This document shows, piece by piece, positions 1 to 9,362 of a DNA stretch of 33,927 bases. Location: NCBI GenBank assembly GCA_038220215.1, contig JBBRIY010000001.1:1-33927 (forward strand), given 5' to 3'. The notes beneath the pieces are model-generated. The model was not told the DNA's origin. It saw nothing but the letters and a program-made list of their open reading frames with translations, and did not search any database. The translations under genes were made by a program, and so were the position numbers. The DNA comes from Propionibacteriales bacterium. GTDB taxonomy: Bacteria; Actinomycetota; Actinomycetes; Propionibacteriales; Propionibacteriaceae. Numbering within the stretch: the first letter of the stretch is position 1; every line of letters begins with the position of its first letter.

Positions 1-1
1 G

Positions 2-1678
<1,677 letters not shown>

Positions 1679-1697
1679 TCCTTCGCTGCTGAATCCT

Positions 1698-1733
1698 CGA
1701 CGAGGGCGGTCCCGCAAGGGGCCGCCCTTGTTG
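1698..1733 (+). terminator. Intrinsic terminator-like hairpin after groEL
   Basis: CGACGAGGGCGGTCCC-GCAA-GGGGCCGCCCTTGTTG: 16-bp stem with G-U pairs and a GNRA tetraloop, about 20 nt after the stop. Confidence 0.85.
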
Positions 1734-1878
1734 CGTCCCCACCTTCGCGCGCCGAGGGCCAGCGCTACTGCCGAGGGCTTGCCCCCAGGGGCAAGCCATC
1801 GACGCGAAGGGTGGCCCTCGGTGTGGCGTCAGGGCGTGTCGACCGGGCGGCAGGCTGCTGGGGTCGCATCATTGAGCC

Positions 1879-2595
1879 ATGAGCGGGCTGCTCGAGGTGA
1901 TCGCCCTGCACCCGGCCGATGCCGAACGTGCCGAGGCTGGCGGCGCCGACCGCGTCGAGGTCTGCGGAACCCTTGACGAAGGTGGCATGTCCCCGACCCC
2001 CCAGCTGGTCGACCAGGTGCGCCGGGCGACGAGTATCCAGGTGCGGGTGATGGTGCGGCTGCGGGAAGGGTTCGGCACCGACGGCGGCGAGGCCGTCCGG
2101 TTGCGCGGCCTGATGGCCAGCTACGCCGACGCCGGCGCCGATGGCATGGTGCTCGGCTTCCTCAACGGGTTGGGCGACGTGGACGCGGGCGTCTGCGCTG
2201 AACTCGTCTCCGACGGCACCTGGCCGTGGACCTTCCATCGTGCGATCGACGCCTGCCTCGAACAGGAGAAGGCCTGGGAGGTGCTGGCGGCCCTGCCGCG
2301 CCTCGACCAGGTGCTGACGGCCGGCTCTGCCCGCGACGTGGAGCATGGGCTCACCGACCTGCTCGACCGGGCCAAGCGTGACCCGTGGGCCGCATCGGTG
2401 ATCATGGCCGGCGGCGGCCTGCACCCCGACCACGTTCCGTGGCTGGCGCGCAGCGGCGTCCGCGCGTTCCATATCGGCAAGCCCGCACGACCGGGCGGGT
2501 CGTACAAGGCCTATGTCGATGAGGCGCTGGTGCGCTCCTGGCGGAACCTGATCGACGAGGAACTCCGCCACCGCCTGCGCGCCGCCACCGCCTGA
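1879..2595 (+). CDS. cutC: Copper homeostasis protein CutC family (TIM barrel)
   Basis: LLEVIAL, GADRVEVC..L.EGG.SP, TFHRAID, VLTAG and IMAGGGL motifs. Confidence 0.92.
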   Translation: MSGLLEVIALHPADAERAEAGGADRVEVCGTLDEGGMSPTPQLVDQVRRATSIQVRVMVRLREGFGTDGGEAVRLRGLMASYADAGADGMVLGFLNGLGDVDAGVCAELVSDGTWPWTFHRAIDACLEQEKAWEVLAALPRLDQVLTAGSARDVEHGLTDLLDRAKRDPWAASVIMAGGGLHPDHVPWLARSGVRAFHIGKPARPGGSYKAYVDEALVRSWRNLIDEELRHRLRAATA

Positions 2596-2607
2596 CCCCG
2601 CGGGGGG

Positions 2608-3522
2608 CTAATCCGCCGCCGGTTCGATGTGGACGAAGGTCGTCGTGCCGGGCAGCGCCGAATCGATCGCGCCCTCCACCTCGTCGGCCATGGCGTGGCT
2701 GCGCTTCACCGTCCACGAACCGGGAACGGTGAGGGTGGCGTACACGAAGCGCTGCCGGCCCGACTCGCGGGTGCGGACGTCGGTGATCTCGACCCGGGGG
2801 TCCTCGCACACCCGGTGGAGCGCGTCGGAGACGACGGCCACCTCCTCGGGAGGCAGGGTGCCGTCGAGCAGGCCGACCACCGACCGTCGAACGAGCCGGT
2901 AGCCGGTGAACAGGATGTTGAGACCCATCAACAACGCGATGATCGGGTCGAGGATCTTCCACCCGGTGATGAACACCAGCCCCATGGCCACCAGCACGCC
3001 CACTGAGGTCCAGACATCGGTGAGCAGGTGCTTGCCGTCCGCCTCGAGGGTCATCGAGCGATGCGTGCGTCCGGCCCGCACCAGCAGCAGTCCGGTGGCG
3101 AGGTTCAGCACGGTCGCCACCGCGGAAAGGATCAGGCCGAGGGAGAGTTGTTCCAGCGGCGCAGGCACCAGGATTCGATCGATCGCGCTGTAAATGATCA
3201 CGGCGGCCGCGACGAAGATCAGGGTGCCCTCCACCGCCGCCGAAACGTACTCGGCCTTGCCGTGCCCGAAATCGTGGTTGAAGTCCGCCGGCTTGGCCGA
3301 CAGCCGCAGCGCCCACAGGGCCACGAGGGCTGCCACCAGGTTCACCGTCGACTCCATGGCATCCGACCAGAGGCCGATCGAATTGGAGACGTAGGCCGCG
3401 AAGCCCTTGATCGAGACGGTGGCGACGGCTGTGGCGATCGAGAGCCAGATGAACCTCTCGAGCAGGCGCTGGTTCGAGGTGGGGTCTACCTGTGAACCGG
3501 TGGCCTGGGGGAGATTCTGCAC
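2608..3522 (-). CDS. Cation diffusion facilitator (CDF) family metal transporter
   Basis: KPADFNHDFGHGKAEY and ADGKHLLTD motifs, about six TM segments, C-terminal VHIEP dimerization domain. Confidence 0.93.
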   Translation of the reverse strand: MQNLPQATGSQVDPTSNQRLLERFIWLSIATAVATVSIKGFAAYVSNSIGLWSDAMESTVNLVAALVALWALRLSAKPADFNHDFGHGKAEYVSAAVEGTLIFVAAAVIIYSAIDRILVPAPLEQLSLGLILSAVATVLNLATGLLLVRAGRTHRSMTLEADGKHLLTDVWTSVGVLVAMGLVFITGWKILDPIIALLMGLNILFTGYRLVRRSVVGLLDGTLPPEEVAVVSDALHRVCEDPRVEITDVRTRESGRQRFVYATLTVPGSWTVKRSHAMADEVEGAIDSALPGTTTFVHIEPAAD

Positions 3523-3527
3523 TCTCG

Positions 3528-4085
3528 TCAGCCTACCGGGAGCGTGGATTCCTCAACGCGCCCGAGATCCATCGGCCACTGCCCCGGCGTTGTGCCCAGC
3601 GAGACAAGCGCGACCAGGTTCGACGGCCAGACCGGCTCGGTGACAGCGTCGAGGGCCTCCAGCGGATGCCACGCCCAGCCGTCAAGGGTGATCTGCTCGT
3701 CGGGGGTGAGGCCGGCAGCGTCCGGCTCGAAGGTCTCGGTGACCATCAGCAGGAAGAACCACTCGGTCTGGGTGAGCACCTGGTCGGAATAGCCGTGTAC
3801 GACGGTCCTGGTTGCTACCGGGCCGAGCAGTCGTCCGGCGTCAACGACGAGGCCCGTCTCCTCCTCGACCTCGCGGACAGCAGCAGCAAGGGCCGTCTCG
3901 CCCGGATCGATGCCGCCGCCGGGGGTGACCCACCAGCGCGTTCCCGGCAGCCCGGGGTCGGTGTCGGCAAGAAGCAGTGCGCTGTGCCCGTTGGTGATGA
4001 TCACCCTCGCGGCGCTGCGGCTGCGACGTGGACGCAACTCGGGATCGACAGGCTGGAACCTACGCGTGCGGAAGACCTCGCTCAT
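3528..4085 (-). CDS. Nudix hydrolase
   Basis: Nudix box GGGIDPGETALAAAVREVEEETG. Confidence 0.93.
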   Translation of the reverse strand: MSEVFRTRRFQPVDPELRPRRSRSAARVIITNGHSALLLADTDPGLPGTRWWVTPGGGIDPGETALAAAVREVEEETGLVVDAGRLLGPVATRTVVHGYSDQVLTQTEWFFLLMVTETFEPDAAGLTPDEQITLDGWAWHPLEALDAVTEPVWPSNLVALVSLGTTPGQWPMDLGRVEESTLPVG

Positions 4086-4885
4086 GGTGCCGGGATCCTG
4101 ATCTCTGCGACCGTCCGCAGGGAGCTGTCGAGCACCTCGACCGTCACCGCGCCCGGTGCCAGCGCGTAGCCCACCTGACCACGAGCCGTCGCGCCCGCTT
4201 CCAGTACCTGGCCACCGAGGGGGTTCGACAGCGCCGGACCGAAGCCGGGAAGCTCACGACCCCCGGCTGTGGCGGCGCGGAACATCAGGGCGTCGACGCC
4301 GACGGCGCCCTCGGTGCAGCTGACCGCCACCTCCAGCACCAGGTAGCGGCTCCCCGGCTCGGGCGCCATCTCGCCTGCGTCGGTCCAGACAGCACTGCGC
4401 ACGGTGACCGTCGCCTTGCCGGCCCCCGTGGCGAAGGCGACCGCCGTGCCGAGGTCACCGCCGCTGGTCGCGGTGCTGGCCGACCCGGGACGGGCGGACG
4501 GGGTGACGGTGTCCACAGCGGCCGGCGTCCCCGCGGGTTGCGGCTGAACCGGTGCCGCAGCAGGCAACAAGGGCAGAGCGCTGAGGAGGGCTACGAGCGC
4601 CAGTGCCGTTGCCAGCAGCGCTGCGACCAGGCGGACGCGGGAACGCGGGCTCCGGCGCGGACCGCGTCCCGCCGGCGGGGGCGCAACCACAAGGCGCGCG
4701 TCGGGGGCTGGCCAGTGGTGCGGCGCGGCCGTCGGCTGGAACCCGTGCTGCTGTTGCGTGCCGTGGGGCTGTGGCGGCTGAGTCCCCGAAGAGGCTGGGG
4801 CGGCACCGGACGGGGGAGGCGCGAAGCCCGGCTGGCCACCTGAGGGCGTACCGAGTCCCTGCGGCTGGTCGGGCGTCGCCGGCAT
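4082..4885 (-). CDS. Pro-rich single-pass membrane protein with C-terminal extracellular beta-domain (DUF4352-like)
   Basis: Pro/Gln-rich N-terminus, one hydrophobic helix, C-terminal PEPGSRYLVLEV...L.AG.TARG.V.Y pattern; ATGA overlap with the Nudix gene. Confidence 0.7.
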   Translation of the reverse strand: MPATPDQPQGLGTPSGGQPGFAPPPSGAAPASSGTQPPQPHGTQQQHGFQPTAAPHHWPAPDARLVVAPPPAGRGPRRSPRSRVRLVAALLATALALVALLSALPLLPAAAPVQPQPAGTPAAVDTVTPSARPGSASTATSGGDLGTAVAFATGAGKATVTVRSAVWTDAGEMAPEPGSRYLVLEVAVSCTEGAVGVDALMFRAATAGGRELPGFGPALSNPLGGQVLEAGATARGQVGYALAPGAVTVEVLDSSLRTVAEIRIPAP

Positions 4886-5709
4886 CAGCCCATCCGGTCC
4901 GGGCGTTCGCCGGCGCGCAGGGCTGCACCGACGATGAGCCCGATCACGAAGAACAACACCACGCAGGCGAACTGGGCGCCGTCGGACAGGCTCTGGAACA
5001 GCAGGTCACTGCTGTAACCGACCGACAGCATCGACATCATCCCGAGGACGCCGACAACGACCAGCGCCCCGAAGTAGCTGCGGCGCACCGCGTCGTGCCG
5101 GTAGGCGATGCGTGCAGAGAGGGCGAAGGACAACGCCAGCATCAGGATCGAGAACCAGTTGAAGAGGGCACCGATGATCAGCGGCACCATTACGCCGGCC
5201 GTGGTGGCCATCCAGATCTGGCCGATGGTCACCGACGGCGGTGCGTCCGGGATGCGGCTGGCGGGCGGCGGCGCGAACCACTGCGGCGTGCCGGGGGCTG
5301 GGAACGGTGCCGGGTTCACCTGGGCGTTGGGCGTGACGGTCGGCTGCACGGGGAGATACCCGTTCAGCGGCGGCCCGGGGGCGTTGAACGGCTGCGTCGG
5401 CGGCCGCTGTCCCAGTTCCGGCTGGCCGTCGGTGGCCTGCCCTGGGGCCCAGCCGCCGGCGTTGGTGAGGGTTGCCGTCTGGACCTCGAACGGAAGGTTC
5501 GGGTTCCGTCCGGGTGCTGCGGAAGGCACGAGTGCGGCCAGGTCGGGCTGGGCGGCCGCGGGCGGGCTGAAGTACGGCTCCCCTTCGGGCGGTGCAGCGG
5601 CGACCCCCGGTGCCGGCGTCGGGTCGGTCAAGGGTGGGGCAGGCGGTACGACGAACGCCGCCGGACGCTCCTGCGGCGCGTACTCGGGTCCGTCCTCCCA
5701 GCTGGCCAT
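4885..5709 (-). CDS. Hypothetical Pro-rich membrane protein
   Basis: N-terminal WEDGPEYAP.ERP motif, Pro-rich linker, about four C-terminal TM helices; TGATG coupling to the next gene; -10 TAACAT 6 nt before ATG. Confidence 0.8.
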   Translation of the reverse strand: MASWEDGPEYAPQERPAAFVVPPAPPLTDPTPAPGVAAAPPEGEPYFSPPAAAQPDLAALVPSAAPGRNPNLPFEVQTATLTNAGGWAPGQATDGQPELGQRPPTQPFNAPGPPLNGYLPVQPTVTPNAQVNPAPFPAPGTPQWFAPPPASRIPDAPPSVTIGQIWMATTAGVMVPLIIGALFNWFSILMLALSFALSARIAYRHDAVRRSYFGALVVVGVLGMMSMLSVGYSSDLLFQSLSDGAQFACVVLFFVIGLIVGAALRAGERPDRMG

Positions 5710-5778
5710 GCGTTCATGTTAACCGGCGCCCGCAGCGCCGGACCCCGGAGGGCCTGGCCGGTGAGTGACCCAACCGGT

Positions 5779-5807
5779 GTGCCGTGGCAGGACGGAGCGG
5801 TTAGGCT
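5779..5807 (+). promoter_or_regulatory. Putative sigma-A promoter of the cold-shock gene
   Basis: GTGCCG-17 nt-TAGGCT upstream of the SD-containing leader (GGAGTGAGGA). Confidence 0.5.
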
Positions 5808-5859
5808 GGAGCAGCCGGTGCATGGGGAGCATTCCGGCTCGGATCAGGAGTGAGGAATC

Positions 5860-6246
5860 ATGCCGGTTGGCAAGGTGCGGTACTACGACGCCGAAAAGGG
5901 CTTCGGCTTCCTGTCGAAGGACGACGGGGGCGAGGACGTCTACGTCCGCGCCGCTGCGCTACCCGAAGGCGTGACCACCCTGAAGCGCGGCCAGAAGGTC
6001 GAGTTCGGTGTCGTGGACGGCAAAAAGGGCGAACAGGCACTATCTGTCCGCCTGCTCGAGGCTCCGCCGTCGCTGTCCAAGGCCGGCCGGAAGTCGCCCG
6101 AACAGATGGCGATCATCGTCGAGGACCTCATCAAGATGCTCGACAACCTGGGCAACGGCTATCGCCGCGGCCGCCACCCTGACAGCAAGGCGGGTGGCAG
6201 TACCGCGGCCGTCCTGCGCGCTGTTGCCGACGAACTGGAGCTGTGA
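5860..6246 (+). CDS. Cold-shock domain protein (actinobacterial long CspB type)
   Basis: GKVRYYDAEKGFGFL and DVYV RNP motifs plus C-terminal helical extension. Confidence 0.93.
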   Translation: MPVGKVRYYDAEKGFGFLSKDDGGEDVYVRAAALPEGVTTLKRGQKVEFGVVDGKKGEQALSVRLLEAPPSLSKAGRKSPEQMAIIVEDLIKMLDNLGNGYRRGRHPDSKAGGSTAAVLRAVADELEL

Positions 6247-6247
6247 C

Positions 6248-7018
6248 GTGGCTGCCACCCTTGAACTGGACGAGGCCTGCGCGGAAGCCGTCGAGCTTGC
6301 CCACGCCGCAGCCGTCCGCCGCGCCGGTGTGCTGGAGGTCGGCGAGCACCGGGGCGTCCAGGCAGACGACGTCCGGGTTGCCACCCACCTTTTCGACTGC
6401 GTCCACCCGGGCTACCCGGGCTGGCAGTGGTCGGTGACGGTCGTCCGCGCGTCCCGCGCCCGGGTCGTGACCATCTCCGAGGTCACCCTCGTTCCCGGCG
6501 ACGGCACGCTCCTCGCCCCGGCGTGGGTGCCGTGGTCGGAACGCATCGGCCCGAAGGACCTGACCCCCGGAGTGCTCGCGCCGACAACGACTGATGACGT
6601 GCGACTCGTCCCGGGCTACACGGGTGGGGAACTGGCAGCAGACACCGATCCTGCCGAAGCCAGCCAGTTGCGCGCTGTCGTCGCAGAACTGGGCCTCGGC
6701 CGTGAGCGTGTGCTGTCGATCGAGGGACGCGACGAGGCGGCCGAGCGCTGGCTCACCGGCCCCGGTGGCCCCGACAACGCGATGGCCCAGCAGGCTCCGG
6801 CCCACTGCCAGTCCTGTGGGTTCTTCGTCGGGATCTCCGGCGCACTCGGGCGGCTGTTCGGCGTGTGCACCAACGAGCTGTCACCCAGTGACGGTGCGGT
6901 GGTCAGCCTCGAACATGGGTGCGGGGGTCACTCCGACGTGGTGGAGCCCAGCAAGGGCGTCGACCTGTCACTCCCGATCTGGGACACCATCAGTGTCGAT
7001 GAGGGCCTGTTCGACTGA
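6248..7018 (+). CDS. DUF3027 family protein
   Basis: PGYPGWQWSVT, LLAPAWVPWSERI, LGLGRERVLS, C..CGF and GVCTN...HGCGGHS; start reassigned to GTG 6248 directly after the csp stop. Confidence 0.88.
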   Translation: MAATLELDEACAEAVELAHAAAVRRAGVLEVGEHRGVQADDVRVATHLFDCVHPGYPGWQWSVTVVRASRARVVTISEVTLVPGDGTLLAPAWVPWSERIGPKDLTPGVLAPTTTDDVRLVPGYTGGELAADTDPAEASQLRAVVAELGLGRERVLSIEGRDEAAERWLTGPGGPDNAMAQQAPAHCQSCGFFVGISGALGRLFGVCTNELSPSDGAVVSLEHGCGGHSDVVEPSKGVDLSLPIWDTISVDEGLFD

Positions 7019-7294
7019 TCCGTCGGCCGGCGCGGACAGGTTCCGGCGGCGGCGCAGCTTGCGGTAGAGGCTGAAGCTCAGACCGGCCAGGCCGAGCGCC
7101 GTTCCGGTGAGGGAGACGCCCAGGTACCACAGCTTTCCCATGGCTTCGAGGTCTGCGCGGGCGAGCCAGCAGACCACGGCGGCAGTCACGAAAGCGATCG
7201 TTCCTGTACTCACGACGGCCACCCCGTCCGCGTCCAGGGCCCGCACGGGGGCCTGCACCATCAACGGCTTGTGGTGGTGCGTGTTCTGGGTCAC
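6968..7294 (-). CDS. DUF2530-like small membrane protein
   Basis: V.ALDADGVAVV..GT pattern, two TM helices, basic cluster; start set at GTG 7294, 7 nt after -10 TACTGT; typical synteny with DUF3027 and NCS2. Confidence 0.72.
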   Translation of the reverse strand: MTQNTHHHKPLMVQAPVRALDADGVAVVSTGTIAFVTAAVVCWLARADLEAMGKLWYLGVSLTGTALGLAGLSFSLYRKLRRRRNLSAPADGSVEQALIDTDGVPDRE

Positions 7295-7338
7295 GGACAC
7301 AACAGTAGAGCCACCCCGTCGGGCCATACCATTCGGCC

Positions 7339-8853
7339 ATGGCGAACCCTGGAACGACAACGGCAGACCCTGCCCCGAAGCTCAACAAGGGCCTCGACGG
7401 ATGGTTTGAAGTCACCAAGCGTGGCTCCAACCTCGGTCGGGAGCTCCGCGGAGGCCTGGTGACCTTCTTCACCATGGCCTACATCATCATTCTCAACCCC
7501 ATCATCATCGGCACCCAGGCCGATGTGCAGGGCAACCTGATCACCGGCGCGCCGATCGCGGACGGCGGAGCGGCGATCGGCCTCTCGATGGCCATGGTGG
7601 CTGCGGCGACCGCCCTGATCGCCGGCCTGATGACCATCCTGATGGGTGTCTACGGCCGGTTCCCGATCGCCATCGCCACCGGCCTCGGCCTGAACGCGCT
7701 GGTCGCCTTCACAATCGTGAAGCAGATGACCTGGCCGCAGGCCATGGGCCTGATCGTGTGGGAGGGCGTGCTGATCACCGTCCTCGTGCTCACCGGATTC
7801 CGCAAGGCGATCTTCGACGCCGTGCCCCGCTCGATGCGCGCAGCCATTTCCGTTGGAATCGGCCTGTTCATCGCCTTCATCGGCCTTGTCGACGGCGGCA
7901 TCGTCCGCCCAGCCGACGGCACCCCCGTGCAGCTCGGCATTTTCGGCACCCTCCTCGGCTGGCCCATCGCCATCTTCCTGATCGGCCTGCTCATCCTGAT
8001 CGCCCTGTTCGTCCGCAAGGTCAAGGGCGCAATGCTGATCTCGATCATCGGTGCCACCGTGGTCGCGGTCATCGTCCAGGCCATCCTGGCGTTGCCGCTG
8101 ATGAAGGATGCCACCGGCGCCACCGTCAACCCGACCGGCTGGATCCAGAACATCCCCGCCCTGACGGGCGGGTTCACGCTGCCCAACCTCGGCCTCATCG
8201 GCCGCGTCGACCTGTTCGGTGCCTTCACCAGCGCAGCCGGCCCGGGCGCGATCGTGGGCATCCTGCTGCTGGTCTTCTCGCTGCTCCTGACCGACTTCTT
8301 CGACACCATGGGCACGATCGTCGCCGTCGGCGCCGAGGGTGACCTGCTGCAGGCCGACGGCAACCCGCCGCACACGCAGGAGATCCTGCTGGTCGACTCC
8401 GTCGCAGCCATCGCCGGTGGCCTCGGTTCGGTGTCGTCGAACACCTCCTACATCGAGTCCGCCGCGGGCGTCGGTGACGGTGCGCGCACCGGTATCGCGT
8501 CCGTCGTCACGGGTGTGGCGTTCCTGCTGAGCCTCTTCCTGGCTCCGCTGGTGCAGCTGGTGCCCGCGGAGGCGGCCACCCCAGCCCTGTTCTTCGTCGG
8601 CTTCCTGATGATGGCGCAGGTCGTGCACGTGAACTGGGAGGACCCGGAGGAGGGCATCCCGGCATTCCTGACCATCGTGTTGATGCCGTTCACCTACTCG
8701 ATCACGGTAGGCATCGGGGCGGGCTTCATCGCCTTCGTCCTGATCAAGGCGATCCGACGCAAGTCCAAGGACGTGCACCCGCTGATGTGGGGTGTGGCTG
8801 CAGCTTTCCTCCTGTACTTCGGACAGGGGATCATCACCAGCCTGATCGGCTGA
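7339..8853 (+). CDS. NCS2/AzgA-family purine (guanine/hypoxanthine/adenine) permease
   Basis: TFFTMAYIIILNP, GLGLNA, DFFDTMGT, TSYIESAAGV.DGARTG and MPFTYSI motifs. Confidence 0.95.
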   Translation: MANPGTTTADPAPKLNKGLDGWFEVTKRGSNLGRELRGGLVTFFTMAYIIILNPIIIGTQADVQGNLITGAPIADGGAAIGLSMAMVAAATALIAGLMTILMGVYGRFPIAIATGLGLNALVAFTIVKQMTWPQAMGLIVWEGVLITVLVLTGFRKAIFDAVPRSMRAAISVGIGLFIAFIGLVDGGIVRPADGTPVQLGIFGTLLGWPIAIFLIGLLILIALFVRKVKGAMLISIIGATVVAVIVQAILALPLMKDATGATVNPTGWIQNIPALTGGFTLPNLGLIGRVDLFGAFTSAAGPGAIVGILLLVFSLLLTDFFDTMGTIVAVGAEGDLLQADGNPPHTQEILLVDSVAAIAGGLGSVSSNTSYIESAAGVGDGARTGIASVVTGVAFLLSLFLAPLVQLVPAEAATPALFFVGFLMMAQVVHVNWEDPEEGIPAFLTIVLMPFTYSITVGIGAGFIAFVLIKAIRRKSKDVHPLMWGVAAAFLLYFGQGIITSLIG

Positions 8854-8869
8854 TTCGGCGTTCGCTGGT

Positions 8870-8905
8870 CCGGGAGCCATCGTCCTCACCGACGGTGGCT
8901 CCCGG
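8870..8905 (+). terminator. Terminator-like hairpin after the NCS2 permease
   Basis: CCGGGAGCCATCGTC-CTCACC-GACGGTGGCTCCCGG followed by CTTGT. Confidence 0.75.
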
Positions 8906-8928
8906 CTTGTCCGGATGACCGGCCGATG

Positions 8929-9318
8929 CCGAAAGCCTCCGCTCTCGTCGATGGTCGCCACTCATACTGGCGGCCCTCCACGGGGACGGAGGCTTTCGGG
9001 TTCTCGGGGAAGTCGGTGGATCAGCCGATGGTCGGGATCGGGCGGGGGGACACCGGTCCCGACCTCAGGCCTTGTCGAGGGCCACGAATCATGCACTGGC
9101 TTTTCTTCGTTGTCCTCGTGGTCAACCCTGCCGGGCAGTGCGACCGGTTGGAAGGGGGAACCCTGCGTTTACTAGTGGGTTTGGTAACGCCTGCCACGTG
9201 CCCGTTGGTGCAGCGACCCGGCGTCCGGCCCGAGCCAGCCAGTACGCGCCTCGCGTAGCAACGGGAATTGCACTGCTGGCGACGGTCTGGCCGCAACATC
9301 ACGGTCGATTCGGCCGTC
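8929..9318. ncRNA. Candidate structured non-coding RNA (family unknown)
   Basis: Series of hairpins (8929-8999, 9030-9064, 9201-9265) in a ~500-nt gap between convergent genes, with no credible ORF. Confidence 0.4.
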
Positions 9319-9362
9319 GCGAGTGCATATCCTGTCGCCCGAGTGGCGTCATCTGCCGAATG

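Noticed and set aside
1879-3522. cutC plus CDF as a dedicated copper-resistance system
   Set aside because: The genes are convergent with separate promoters and no metal-responsive regulator or operator was seen; a copper role for CutC is itself uncertain.
6008-6247. N-terminal extension of the DUF3027 ORF given by the ORF track
   Set aside because: Overlaps the cold-shock gene; the recognisable domain begins after GTG 6248.
7295-7338. Purine riboswitch upstream of the NCS2 permease
   Set aside because: Only 44 nt between divergent starts, and the gene appears leaderless.
9030-9064. Firm assignment as canonical 6C RNA on the minus strand
   Set aside because: Only one C6 loop, no matching second C-loop hairpin, and stem mismatches favour the plus strand; kept only as part of an unassigned structured region.
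8915-9302. Short ORFs in the structured intergenic region (8915-9175, 8926-9258, 9021-9302)
   Set aside because: No SD or leaderless signal, atypical codon usage and no protein-like features.
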